64,000 nucleotides of DNA from Eubacteriales bacterium. Lineage in GTDB: Bacteria > Bacillota > Clostridia > Oscillospirales > RGIG5299. The stretch spans positions 2,269 through 66,268 of the forward strand of contig JAZNEJ010000005.1 of NCBI GenBank assembly GCA_045588575.1. Reading direction: 5' to 3'. The notes under the pieces were generated by a model. It made no database searches and had not been told where the DNA came from. It worked only from the letters and a program-made list of their open reading frames with translations. This document shows positions 45,537 to 55,369 of this stretch, one piece after another. The translations under genes and the position numbers were made by a program. Numbering within the stretch: the first letter of the stretch is position 1; the number at the start of each line of letters is the position of its first letter.

Positions 45537-46394
45537 ATGAAACTAGTCGTCATAACAGGAATGTCGGGAGCGGGAAAAAGCCGCGCAATCGACGCTATGG
45601 AGGATATGGACTTTTATTGCGTCGACAATATGCCCGTTGATTTTTTCGTTAAATTCACGGAAATTTGTCTTTCCTCGCAGGATAGACTTTCAAAGGTTGC
45701 AATAGTAACCGATATTCGTTCGGGAAAAGATTTCAGCAAATTTATAGACGATTTGGGCGTAATTAAGCAAATGGGTGTTGAATACGACCTTGTTTACGTT
45801 GACGCCAGCGACGATACCATTGTAAAACGCTATAAGGAAACGCGCCGCAAGCATCCTCTTGAAAAAGAAGAGGAGGGTGTTTCAATAAAAGATTTAATCA
45901 CAAAAGAGCGTAAAACCTTAATTCCGCTTTACGATTCGGCAAACAGAATAATAGACACCACTTATTTCACTCCCGCTCAGTTAAAAGAGCAAATAATGAA
46001 TATTTATTCCGAAAACGATATAAAGCTCACAATGAACGTAATGTCGTTCGGTTATAAATACGGAATTCCGCCCGAAGCGGACTTGGTTTTCGACGTAAGA
46101 TGTCTTCCGAATCCTTATTACGATTATGATTTAAAGCACAAAACGGGAATGGATAAGGAAGTAAGAGATTTCGTAATGAGCTATACTTGCTCGAAAAAAT
46201 ATATGGAAAAAATATGCGATATGATAACCTTTTTAAATCCTTTTTTCAAAGAAGAGGGAAAATCAAGCGTTAATATCGCCATAGGCTGCACGGGCGGCAA
46301 GCATCGCTCGGTAACCTTTGCAAAACTTATTGCGGAGTTTTTGAGAAACTCGGGAAACAGCGTTAAAGAAAGCCACAGAGATATTGAAAAATAA
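45537..46394 (+). CDS. rapZ: RNase adapter / nucleotide-binding protein RapZ (YvcJ)
   Basis: ITGMSGAGKS Walker A, FDVRCLPNPYY and CTGGKHRSV motifs. Confidence 0.92.
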   Translation: MKLVVITGMSGAGKSRAIDAMEDMDFYCVDNMPVDFFVKFTEICLSSQDRLSKVAIVTDIRSGKDFSKFIDDLGVIKQMGVEYDLVYVDASDDTIVKRYKETRRKHPLEKEEEGVSIKDLITKERKTLIPLYDSANRIIDTTYFTPAQLKEQIMNIYSENDIKLTMNVMSFGYKYGIPPEADLVFDVRCLPNPYYDYDLKHKTGMDKEVRDFVMSYTCSKKYMEKICDMITFLNPFFKEEGKSSVNIAIGCTGGKHRSVTFAKLIAEFLRNSGNSVKESHRDIEK

Positions 46395-46412
46395 GGTAAG
46401 GGAAAAAGCAAA

Positions 46413-47333
46413 ATGACGTTTTGCCAAGCATTAAAGGAAGAATTATCACAAGCCACCGGAAAAACCTGCTGCAGAAAAGCAGGTTTATTCGGTGCTGTTT
46501 TGTTTTCTTCGGAATTTAACGAAAAAAGCTTCCGCTTGGCAACCTCTTCTCAGGGTGTTTGCAGAAGAATAAGAGAAGATATGAAGGTTGTTTTCGGCTT
46601 TAAGCCCGATATGAAAATAACCAAACGAAAAGGCGAGGATTTCTTTATTTTAACAATAAAAGACGAAGCTAAAATGAAGGCGATTTTCAAAACCTTTTAT
46701 CCTCCCGAAAGTGAAAAACTCGGTATAAATCACTTAATTTTGCAAAACGAGTGCGATAAGGCGGCGTTTATAAGAGGCGCATTTTTAACGGGAGGCACCG
46801 TTACCAACCCCGAAAAAAGTTATTATATGGACCTTACGACTCCGAGTTTGAGGCTTTCAAACGAAATGCAAACCTTGATTTCGGAATACGATATTTCGGT
46901 TAAAACCGTTGTCCGCAGAGGAACAAAAGTGCTTTATTTCAGAGGCAGCGAAAAAATTGAAAATATGCTTCAAATAATGGGCGCGTTTAACAGCTATTTT
47001 GAATTTTTAAACGCCAAAATAGAAAAAGAAACGCGAAACGGAATGAACCGTACCTTAAATTGCGATAGCGGAAACGCCAAAAAAAGCTTGATTGCCGCTA
47101 AAAAGCAGATAAAAGCAATAAACTATCTTAAAAGAACGGGAAAAATAGAAAGTCTTCCCGAGGATATGAAAAGAGTTGCTCTTTTGAGAATTCAAAACGA
47201 GGATTTAAGCATAAACGAAATAGGAAAGCTTTGCGGTCTTTCGAAAACCGCAGTTTATTCAAGACTTTCCAAAATAGAAGAAGCCGCAAATAAATTCAAG
47301 GCTGAAAAGAAGCAGGAGGTAAAACCCAAATGA
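46413..47333 (+). CDS. whiA: Sporulation/cell-division regulator WhiA
   Basis: LAGLIDADG-derived middle domain (AFIRGAFLTGGTV) and a C-terminal HTH (INEIGKLCGLSKTAVYSRL). Confidence 0.9.
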   Translation: MTFCQALKEELSQATGKTCCRKAGLFGAVLFSSEFNEKSFRLATSSQGVCRRIREDMKVVFGFKPDMKITKRKGEDFFILTIKDEAKMKAIFKTFYPPESEKLGINHLILQNECDKAAFIRGAFLTGGTVTNPEKSYYMDLTTPSLRLSNEMQTLISEYDISVKTVVRRGTKVLYFRGSEKIENMLQIMGAFNSYFEFLNAKIEKETRNGMNRTLNCDSGNAKKSLIAAKKQIKAINYLKRTGKIESLPEDMKRVALLRIQNEDLSINEIGKLCGLSKTAVYSRLSKIEEAANKFKAEKKQEVKPK

Positions 47334-50300
47334 ACAATTTTGTCCATCTTCACGTTCACAGTGAGTTTTCACTTCTTGACGGCGCTTGCCGCACCGAAAA
47401 GCTTGTTAAAAAGGTAAAAGAGCTTGGCCAAACTGCCGTTGCAATAACCGACCACGGCGTTATGAACGGCACCATTGAGTTTTATAATCTGGCAAAAAAA
47501 GAGGGCGTAAAGCCTATAATCGGTTGTGAGGTTTACGTTGCCTCCAAAAGCCGTTTTGAAAAAAAGGGCGGCGATTATAACCATCTTGTTCTTCTTGCAA
47601 AGGATATGGAGGGTTACCGAAATTTAATAAGGCTGGTATCTCTCGGCTTTACCGAAGGCTACTACTATAAACCCCGAATAGACGATGAGCTTTTAATGAA
47701 ATATTCCAAGGGGTTAATTTGCTCGTCTGCCTGCCTTGCAGGCTCAATTCCGCAGTTTCTTCTTCACGATAATTACGAGGAAGCTGAAAAAAAGGCAAAG
47801 CTTTATGCACAAATATTTGAAAACGATTTTTATTTAGAGCTTCAGGACCACGGCTATAAAGAGCAGGAACAGGTTAATAAAGGACTTATAACGCTTTCGA
47901 AGAAGCTCAATTTACCCTTAATTTGCACTAACGATGCGCATTACGTTGAAAAAGAAGATGCAAAGCTTCAGAATATCTTGCTTTGTGTTCAAACGGGCAA
48001 AACGGTCGAGGAAGGGTCGGGAATGGGCTTTGATACCGACGAATTTTACCTGAAATCAACCGAGGAAATGCAAGAACTTTTCAAAACCACGCCCGAAGCG
48101 TGTCTTAACACCGAAAAAATTGCCGAAAAAATCGAGCTTGAGCTTGATTTTAAAAAGGTATATCTTCCCGCTTTCCCGCTTGAAGAGGGAACGGATAAAA
48201 AGCAGGAATTTGTAAAAATTTGCGAAGAAGGTCTTAAAAGAAGATACGGCGAGGACGCAAATAAGCACAAGGAAAGACTCGATTATGAAATTTCGGTAAT
48301 CGAGAAAATGGGTTATATAGACTATTTCTTAATAGTTTCCGATTACGTTAACTTTGCAAAGAAAAAGGGAATTCCCGTTGGTCCCGGAAGAGGCTCTGCG
48401 GCGGGAAGTATAGTTTCTTACTGCATGGGAATAACCGATATAGACCCCATTCGGTTTAATCTCCTTTTTGAGCGTTTTTTAAATCCCGAACGAATTTCAA
48501 TGCCCGATATAGACGTCGATTTCTGTGAAAAAAGACGTCAGGAGGTAATTGATTACGTTGCCGAAAAATACGGAAGAGACAGAGTTGTTCAAATTGCAAC
48601 CTTCGGTACGATGAAGGCGCGTCTTGCCATAAGAGACGTTGGAAGAGCGCTGGGAATGAGCTATCAAGAGGTTGATACGGTAGCTAAAATGATTCCCAAC
48701 GAGCTTGGAATAACCATTCAAAAAGCAATAGATATGAAAGGCTCCGACCTCAAAAAAGCAATGGAAGAAAACAGCGAGGTTAAAGAGCTTGTAACGGTTG
48801 CAGCAGAGCTTGAGGGTATGCCTCGAAACATTTCAACCCATGCGGCAGGCGTTGTTATAACCGATAAACCCGTTTACGAATACGTTCCGCTTATGATTTC
48901 GAAAGACGTTCCCGTAACGCAATACGCAATGGGAACGCTTGAAAAATTAGGTCTTCTTAAAATGGACTTTTTAGGCCTTCGCAACTTAACGGTTATTGAA
49001 GACGCAATTCGTGAAATAAGAAAAACGGAACCGAACTTTTCTGCGGAGTCTATTCCGCTTGACGATAAGGCGACCTATGAAATGCTTTCGGCAGGTCTTA
49101 CAAAGGGCGTTTTTCAGCTTGAACAGGGCGGAATGACCAAAACGGTTATGAGTTTTCAGCCGAAAACGATAGAAGATATTATTGCAATAATAGCGCTTTA
49201 CCGTCCCGGCCCTATGGACTCTATTCCGAGATATTTGAAAAATCGCGAAAACTCCGATAAAATAGAATATAAGCACCCAATGCTCAAATCTATTTTAGAC
49301 GTAACCTACGGCTGTATAGTTTATCAGGAGCAGGTTATGCAAATCGTTCAAAAGCTTGCGGGTTACAGCTACGGCAGAGCCGACCTTGTAAGAAGAGCAA
49401 TGTCGAAAAAGAAGGCCGACGTAATGCTTGCCGAGCGTAAAAACTTTATTGAAGGAATAGTTTCGGAAGACGGCACGGTAACCGTTAAGGGAACACGTCG
49501 AAACGGCATTTCCGATGACGTTGCAAACAGTATTTTTGACGAAATGGTTTCGTTTGCGGAATATGCTTTTAATAAATCTCATGCGGCAGCCTATGCCTAT
49601 CTTTCCTGCCAAACGGCATATTTAAAACGTCATTACACCAAGGAATATTATGCGGCGCTTATGACCAGCGTTGTGGATAATCCCGATAAAATAATGCTTT
49701 ACGCCGAGGATTGCAAGGCATTTGGAATAAATCTCTTGCCGCCCGATATAAACGAATCAAATGCGGTTTTCACCGTTTCGGGCGATAATATCCGCTTTGG
49801 ACTTGCTGCGGTTAAAAACGTTGGCGCGGCGTTTATAGAAAGCATTGTTAAAGAAAGAAACGAAAACGGAAAATTTGTGGATTTTTACGATTTTTGTCGC
49901 CGTCTTAAAGACAGCGACTTAAACTCGAAGGCTGCGGAATGCCTTATAAAATGCGGTGCGTTTGATTCGCTCCCTCAAAACAGACGTCAACTTATTGAAA
50001 CCTATTCCAAAATTTTAAGCGACCTTTCGCATTCGGGTAAAATAAATGCCGAAGGTCAAATGGACCTTTTCGGAGATTTTATGGGCGAAACCGTTTCGGG
50101 AGTAGATTATCCCAATAAACCCGAATACAGCTTAAGAGAATGTCTTGCAATGGAAAAAGAATTAACAGGCCTTTTCCTTTCGGGGCATCCCATGTCGGAA
50201 TACGTTAAAAACGCCAAGGATTTCGATAAAACCGATATCGGTGAAATAAATTCGAGCGACGCCGAAAATGAAGAGGATTACACTCTTCAAAACGAAATTT

Positions 50301-50815
50301 ACGATAGAAAAAGAGTAGTCCTTTGCGGCGTTGTAACCTCGCTTTCGGTTAAGCTTACGCGAAGCGGCGAAAAAATGGCAATAATCCGTCTTGAAGATTT
50401 AACGGGCGGAATAGAGTGCCTTGCTTTCCCGAAAACCTTTGAAAAATACGGCTCAATGCTAAACGGCGAATCCGCAGTGGCGGTAACGGGAGAAATATCA
50501 ATTAAAGAAAACGAGCCGCCGAAGGTTATGATTTCAAAAATAGACCGCCTTCTCAAAAACGACGAATACGAGGGCGAGCTTGAAATTAAAGAAGTGAAAA
50601 AACGTCTTTTCTTAAAGGTGGAAAGGGAAGATTCGCCCGAGTTTTTAATAGTAAAACAAATCCTGAAAGATAATCCCGGTAAAGACGAGGCGGTTGTTGT
50701 AATAACCGCACCGCAACGTAAAAAGATGGTTTTGGGTGCGGGCGTTAACACCGAAAAACGCGTTTTGGAAATGTTAAAGGACGCAATCGGCGAGGAATCG
50801 GTTGTTTTACAGTAA
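47330..50815 (+). CDS. dnaE: DNA polymerase III alpha subunit (DnaE type)
   Basis: 1161 aa. It has an N-terminal PHP motif (VHLHVHSEFSLLDG), the polymerase core PDIDVDF, and an OB-fold region. An ATGA overlap joins it to whiA. Confidence 0.96.
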   Translation: MNNFVHLHVHSEFSLLDGACRTEKLVKKVKELGQTAVAITDHGVMNGTIEFYNLAKKEGVKPIIGCEVYVASKSRFEKKGGDYNHLVLLAKDMEGYRNLIRLVSLGFTEGYYYKPRIDDELLMKYSKGLICSSACLAGSIPQFLLHDNYEEAEKKAKLYAQIFENDFYLELQDHGYKEQEQVNKGLITLSKKLNLPLICTNDAHYVEKEDAKLQNILLCVQTGKTVEEGSGMGFDTDEFYLKSTEEMQELFKTTPEACLNTEKIAEKIELELDFKKVYLPAFPLEEGTDKKQEFVKICEEGLKRRYGEDANKHKERLDYEISVIEKMGYIDYFLIVSDYVNFAKKKGIPVGPGRGSAAGSIVSYCMGITDIDPIRFNLLFERFLNPERISMPDIDVDFCEKRRQEVIDYVAEKYGRDRVVQIATFGTMKARLAIRDVGRALGMSYQEVDTVAKMIPNELGITIQKAIDMKGSDLKKAMEENSEVKELVTVAAELEGMPRNISTHAAGVVITDKPVYEYVPLMISKDVPVTQYAMGTLEKLGLLKMDFLGLRNLTVIEDAIREIRKTEPNFSAESIPLDDKATYEMLSAGLTKGVFQLEQGGMTKTVMSFQPKTIEDIIAIIALYRPGPMDSIPRYLKNRENSDKIEYKHPMLKSILDVTYGCIVYQEQVMQIVQKLAGYSYGRADLVRRAMSKKKADVMLAERKNFIEGIVSEDGTVTVKGTRRNGISDDVANSIFDEMVSFAEYAFNKSHAAAYAYLSCQTAYLKRHYTKEYYAALMTSVVDNPDKIMLYAEDCKAFGINLLPPDINESNAVFTVSGDNIRFGLAAVKNVGAAFIESIVKERNENGKFVDFYDFCRRLKDSDLNSKAAECLIKCGAFDSLPQNRRQLIETYSKILSDLSHSGKINAEGQMDLFGDFMGETVSGVDYPNKPEYSLRECLAMEKELTGLFLSGHPMSEYVKNAKDFDKTDIGEINSSDAENEEDYTLQNEIYDRKRVVLCGVVTSLSVKLTRSGEKMAIIRLEDLTGGIECLAFPKTFEKYGSMLNGESAVAVTGEISIKENEPPKVMISKIDRLLKNDEYEGELEIKEVKKRLFLKVEREDSPEFLIVKQILKDNPGKDEAVVVITAPQRKKMVLGAGVNTEKRVLEMLKDAIGEESVVLQ

Positions 50816-50919
50816 AAAATAAAAAAATATTTTTATTTTAACCTAAAAATATGTTGAAATTTGTATTTGAATTGTTATATAATATTATGTGGAATTTTTT
50901 ATTTAAAGGATGATAGATT

Positions 50920-51891
50920 ATGTCAGAAAAAAGAGCAATAGCAGTCCTTACCAGCGGAGGAGACGCACCCGGAATGAATGCGGCGGTAAGAGCCGTAGTT
51001 CGCACCGCAATAGCAAAAGGATTTAAGGTTTACGGTGTTAAAATGGGTTATCAGGGCCTTGTAAACGATGAGTTCGAGGAATTCACCGTTCGCTCCGTTT
51101 CCGACATAATTAACAGAGGCGGAACGGCAATTTATTCCGCTCGTTGCTTGGAGTTCAAAACCGAGCCTGCAATGCAAAAGGCAATTGAAAACTGCCGCAA
51201 GAGAAACATTTGCGGTCTTGTAGTTATCGGCGGCGACGGCTCCTTCAGAGGAGCAAAAGACCTTTCTGAAAGAGGACTTCCCACGGTAGGCATTCCCGCC
51301 ACCATAGATAACGATATCGCAGCCAGCGAATATTCAATAGGCTTCGATACCGCAATTGATACCGTAATGGAAATGGTTGACCGTTTAAGAGATACCTCTC
51401 AATCACACCTTCGTTGCTCCGTTGTTGAGGTAATGGGCAGAAGAGCGGGCTGGCTCGCACTTGAGTCGGGCATCGCAGTCGGCGCTTCGGCAATTATCGT
51501 TGAAGAGGTTCCTTTCGATTTTGAAAAAGACATAATTGAAAGATTTAAAGAATACTTAAAGAGCGGCAGACAAAACTTCACCGTTATCGTTTCAGAGGGT
51601 GTTGGCGGCGTTGTTGAAATGGCAAAGAGAATTGAAGCCGAAACCGGCATTGAAACCAGAGCAACCATTTTAGGCCACGTTCAAAGAGGCGGCTCGCCCA
51701 CAGCGAAAGACAGAATTATCGCAACCAAAATGGGACATTACGCAGTGGAACTTTTGGAAAAGGGCATTGGCAAAAGAGTTGTTGTAATGCAGAACAACAA
51801 AATAACCGATATGGATATTTTTGAAGCATTGCAAATGAAAAAAGATTTTGACTTCGAAAGCTATAAAATTGCTGCCGAAGTAAATATATAA
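50920..51891 (+). CDS. pfkA: ATP-dependent 6-phosphofructokinase
   Basis: LTSGGDAPGMNAA, IGGDGS, PATIDNDI, MGRRAG and LGHVQRGG motifs. Confidence 0.95.
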   Translation: MSEKRAIAVLTSGGDAPGMNAAVRAVVRTAIAKGFKVYGVKMGYQGLVNDEFEEFTVRSVSDIINRGGTAIYSARCLEFKTEPAMQKAIENCRKRNICGLVVIGGDGSFRGAKDLSERGLPTVGIPATIDNDIAASEYSIGFDTAIDTVMEMVDRLRDTSQSHLRCSVVEVMGRRAGWLALESGIAVGASAIIVEEVPFDFEKDIIERFKEYLKSGRQNFTVIVSEGVGGVVEMAKRIEAETGIETRATILGHVQRGGSPTAKDRIIATKMGHYAVELLEKGIGKRVVVMQNNKITDMDIFEALQMKKDFDFESYKIAAEVNI

Positions 51892-51893
51892 TT

Positions 51894-52589
51894 ATGAAGA
51901 AAAAAGCCTCAATACTTTTCATTATAATCGGAATCTATTTTGTTTTGGCGCTCGGTCTTTCGATTTTTGCCGATAATTTAGATACCGCAATGGAAAATTA
52001 CAGAATAGGTTATTTCGGTCTTTCCGATGCCGATTTTTCCGCCTTCCAATTTTTAATAATGCCGTTTACAATGCTTTTGCTCGGAACCGCAATCTTTTTC
52101 AATAAAGGATTTTTAAAGGTTATAGCATATCTTTCAATAGTTGCTGCGGCAATTTACAGAATAGCGGCATACCTTGGAATTTTCAGCGAAACCGAAATAG
52201 GAAAAATTCTTCAAGACGATTTTTCGGGTCTTATCTATAAGTTGTTTATAGTAATGGCGGCCTGCGTTTTAATTTCGTCGTTTATATCGTTTTTTGAAAA
52301 CGAAAAAACGGTTAGATTTACCAAAAAGTTTTCGTTTTTCGTTCCCTTGGCAGTTGCTGCATTTAACCTTTTCTGGTTGCTTTCACTCGGATTTTTTGTA
52401 ATAATCGGCGGTTTGGAAACCGATTTATCGGTAAATAACCTTTGGCTTTTGGCAATAAGTCTTGTAATCGATACCTGCTTTGCGGTAATTTTCGCATTTG
52501 CGTCAAGGCTCCGTGCAGATATGGTTTTAGACGAAATTATAGATTTTAAAGATTTAATGACCAACACACACGTAAAAGAGGAACAGTAA
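51894..52589 (+). CDS. Polytopic membrane protein (about 6 TM), unknown function
   Basis: 231 aa with six hydrophobic segments. It starts 2 nt after the pfkA stop and ends 4 nt before the DUF2156 gene. Confidence 0.6.
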   Translation: MKKKASILFIIIGIYFVLALGLSIFADNLDTAMENYRIGYFGLSDADFSAFQFLIMPFTMLLLGTAIFFNKGFLKVIAYLSIVAAAIYRIAAYLGIFSETEIGKILQDDFSGLIYKLFIVMAACVLISSFISFFENEKTVRFTKKFSFFVPLAVAAFNLFWLLSLGFFVIIGGLETDLSVNNLWLLAISLVIDTCFAVIFAFASRLRADMVLDEIIDFKDLMTNTHVKEEQ

Positions 52590-52593
52590 AAAT

Positions 52594-53466
52594 ATGCTGT
52601 TTAAAAAACTGGAAATTACAGATATTGAAATTATCCGTCCGTTTTTTGAAGAAAATAAAATTCCGTCCTGCGATTTTTCGATGGGCGGAGTTTTCCTTTG
52701 GAGAGATTTTTTTAAAACCGAATATTTAATAGTTGAAGAAACTCTTATATTCAGATTTGAATATTTTGGAGGAAAGCTCGCATTTTCATCGGCTCTTGGA
52801 AAAAATCCAAAAGCGGTTTATCAAGCGGTGTCGAATATTCATAAAAACGAGGAGCTTTTCTTTTGCATTGCACCAACCGAAAAAGCGGCTGAAATAAAAG
52901 AGTTTTTCAAGGAAAGAGAATTGAAAACCGAGCTTCAAAGGGATTGGTTTGATTATCTTTATTTACCTGAGGACCTTGCTGAATTCAAAGGTAAAAAATT
53001 TTCGGCAAAAAGAAATCACTTAAATAAATTTAAAAAGCTTTATGAAAATTACAAAATTAAAGAAATAACAAAAGAAAATCTTTGCGATGTTAAAAAATTC
53101 CTTGAAAACTTTCCCGAAAACGATGAAGGCGAGCTTTATAAAGCAGAGGAAATTGCGTTAAACGAGTTTTTTGAGAATTATAATAAATATAACTTTTTCG
53201 GCATAATTCTTTACGTTAACGGTGAGATTGCGGCATTTTCAATAGGCGATAAAATAGGAGAAACGCTTTTCGTGCATTTTGAAAAAGCAAAAACGGAATA
53301 TGAGGGAAGCTACACCTTAATTGCAAACGAATTTGCAAAGCGTTTCGGTAAAGACGTTAAAATTATTAACCGAGAAGAAGATATGGGCATTATGGGACTT
53401 AGAAAATCAAAGCTTTCATATCAGCCGACGGCACTTTTGGAAAAAACAAATATTTACGTAAAATAA
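52594..53466 (+). CDS. Stand-alone DUF2156 protein (MprF/aminoacyl-phosphatidylglycerol synthase C-terminal-domain-like)
   Basis: The pattern is SCDFSMGGVFLWRDFF...DYLYLPEDLAEFKGKKFSAKRNHLNKFKK...INREEDMGIMGLRKSKLSYQP. This matches the conserved KRN-x-xN-xF and NREEDxGxxGLRKxKxSYxP blocks I recall for this family. Confidence 0.78.
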   Translation: MLFKKLEITDIEIIRPFFEENKIPSCDFSMGGVFLWRDFFKTEYLIVEETLIFRFEYFGGKLAFSSALGKNPKAVYQAVSNIHKNEELFFCIAPTEKAAEIKEFFKERELKTELQRDWFDYLYLPEDLAEFKGKKFSAKRNHLNKFKKLYENYKIKEITKENLCDVKKFLENFPENDEGELYKAEEIALNEFFENYNKYNFFGIILYVNGEIAAFSIGDKIGETLFVHFEKAKTEYEGSYTLIANEFAKRFGKDVKIINREEDMGIMGLRKSKLSYQPTALLEKTNIYVK

Positions 53467-53496
53467 AAAAATCCTCTCGAATGAGAGGATTTTTTA
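53467..53496. terminator. Bidirectional terminator
   Basis: Perfect stem ATCCTCTC/GAGAGGAT with a GAAT loop, flanked by an A6 run and a T6 run. Confidence 0.7.
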
Positions 53497-54255
53497 TTAT
53501 GCCAAAACAACCTTAACGTTTTTGGCTTTAATTTTTTTAATTTCGTTATCGTCTGCTTTTGTATCGGTTATTAACATATCAACCTTTTCGATATCGCCCA
53601 TATTTATAAATCTCGTGGTGCCTACTTTGGTGTGGTCGGCAACGACTATAACGGTTTTGCTCTTGTTAATCATAGCACGGTTTATGTCGGTTTCATAGGG
53701 TTGGTCGTTGGTAATTCCCGTTTCGGCGTTAATGCCGTCAACCGCAAGGAAAAGCTTGTCGATGTTATAATCGTTAAGCTGCTTAATTGCCTGAATGCCG
53801 TAGGTAGCGCCTGTATCGGGGTTGAAGTTTCCGCCTATTACAACCGTTTTAACGTTGGGATATTTTTTAAGCTCATAGGCAATATGAATTGAATTGGTAA
53901 CGGCAATTATGTTAATTTGCGAAGGAAGATATTTTGCAATTTGAAGAGTGGTGGTGCCGGTGTAAAGCATTACCGATTCGCCGGGATTTATAACCGAAGC
54001 GGCGTATTTGCCTATTTTTTCTTTTTCATCGATTTGCTTTATTGAGTGCATATCAAAGGCGGAGGAAAGACGCTCGTCTCTTAAAATTGCCTTTCCGAAA
54101 AGACGCTTTATAACGCCCTTTCTTTCAAGAAAAATAAGGTCGTTTCTAACGGTAACGCTTGAAACCCCGAATTTTTCCTTAATAAAATTAACTTCAATTT
54201 CTTTGTTTTCTCTTATTATTTCTTCAATAATATTTCTGCGTTCTGCAGTAGTCAT
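53497..54255 (-). CDS. DeoR/GlpR-family transcriptional regulator
   Basis: N-terminal wHTH (RRNIIEEIIRENKEIEVNFIKEKFGVSSVTVRNDLIFLE) plus a DeoR C-terminal sensor domain. ATG 54255 follows an AGGTGA RBS. Confidence 0.87.
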   Translation of the reverse strand: MTTAERRNIIEEIIRENKEIEVNFIKEKFGVSSVTVRNDLIFLERKGVIKRLFGKAILRDERLSSAFDMHSIKQIDEKEKIGKYAASVINPGESVMLYTGTTTLQIAKYLPSQINIIAVTNSIHIAYELKKYPNVKTVVIGGNFNPDTGATYGIQAIKQLNDYNIDKLFLAVDGINAETGITNDQPYETDINRAMINKSKTVIVVADHTKVGTTRFINMGDIEKVDMLITDTKADDNEIKKIKAKNVKVVLA

Positions 54256-54344
54256 TAAAATCACCTATCAAATAACTTTAAAATACTTAACGATTTGCTT
54301 ATAAGTTTAACCTAAAACAATAAAAATGTCAAGTATTAAAAACG

Positions 54345-55313
54345 TTAAAGCGATTTTAAAACGTTAATTGCGTTTTTCACCTCGTTAAGACTGTCTTCGT
54401 AAAGCTTTGCTCTTTCAACCTCAACGGCGTAAGCCTCAACGAGAGCCTCTTTTTCCTTTGTGGCGTCAACAAGCTTTTTTTGAAGCTCTGCGTTTTTTGC
54501 TTTTTCTTCTTCCCAAAGAGCCTCGTAATCTATGGGCGGAATAACGGTGGATAGCTCGTCGTATACTGCCGACCAATAAGCCACTTCGGAGTTTTCGAAT
54601 AAAAACTTAATCCAAGTGTAACCGCCGTTTTCAAAAGAAGCAAGAGCTTCATATTCTCCTTCGGGGAGTAAACCCACTCTGTTATCATTTGAAATTTTGG
54701 GTGAGGTTCTGTAATAAAGAGCGTTAGATTTCAAACATTTGAAAATGCTTCCCTTGGCTAAGGGAGTTTCGGTAATTTCGGGCAATTTTAATACCTCGTT
54801 TTTAGGGTCGTAACCTATTTGTTGCTCGGGGTAAAGATAGCAATAATCAAGCGGGTCAACGGCGTATTTTGAAACGTCGGCGGATTTAAAGGAATAGTCG
54901 GTGGGACAAATAAGAAACTCAAAATGCAAATGCGAGCCGGTTGCATTTCCCGTTTTGCCCTCAATTCCCAAAATTTCACCGCGCTTAACTTCTTTGCCCA
55001 CCACCATTCCGTCGGCAATGCTTTCCATGTGGAAATATCTCGTATGTACCGTTTTGCCTTCAATAAGGTCGTAATGCTCAATGCGAAGAGCGTTTGCAAC
55101 GCTTCCCGATGCATTTGCATTTTGCCGCCATTTAATAACTCCGTCGGAGGCGGCGTAAACGTATTTTTTGCCGCCCGTCCATTTGCTCGTGTAGGCCATA
55201 TCCATAGCGTAGTGATGAGTCTTAAACTGCTCGTAATATGCCTCTTCGTCATCGAAATAGGTGGTAATGCAAACAAAATCCTCCGGAAGTCTGGGGTATT
55301 TAAGTAATTTCAT
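54345..55313 (-). CDS. M23-family metallopeptidase with C-terminal extension
   Basis: HxxxD-type region (HYAMDMA) and GNATGSHLHFE. The C-terminal ~60 aa look like a coiled coil. The start is ATG 55313 behind an AAAGGAGA RBS, and there is no obvious signal peptide. Confidence 0.78.
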   Translation of the reverse strand: MKLLKYPRLPEDFVCITTYFDDEEAYYEQFKTHHYAMDMAYTSKWTGGKKYVYAASDGVIKWRQNANASGSVANALRIEHYDLIEGKTVHTRYFHMESIADGMVVGKEVKRGEILGIEGKTGNATGSHLHFEFLICPTDYSFKSADVSKYAVDPLDYCYLYPEQQIGYDPKNEVLKLPEITETPLAKGSIFKCLKSNALYYRTSPKISNDNRVGLLPEGEYEALASFENGGYTWIKFLFENSEVAYWSAVYDELSTVIPPIDYEALWEEEKAKNAELQKKLVDATKEKEALVEAYAVEVERAKLYEDSLNEVKNAINVLKSL

Positions 55314-55369
55314 AAAACCATCTCCTTTAATAAGATGATAAACTGTTTTAACTGCAACGGACTGCAAAG

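Noticed and set aside
54815-55276. 153-aa alternative-frame minus-strand ORF inside the M23 peptidase gene
   Set aside because: It is out of frame with a gene that carries clear M23 motifs and has no independent start signals.
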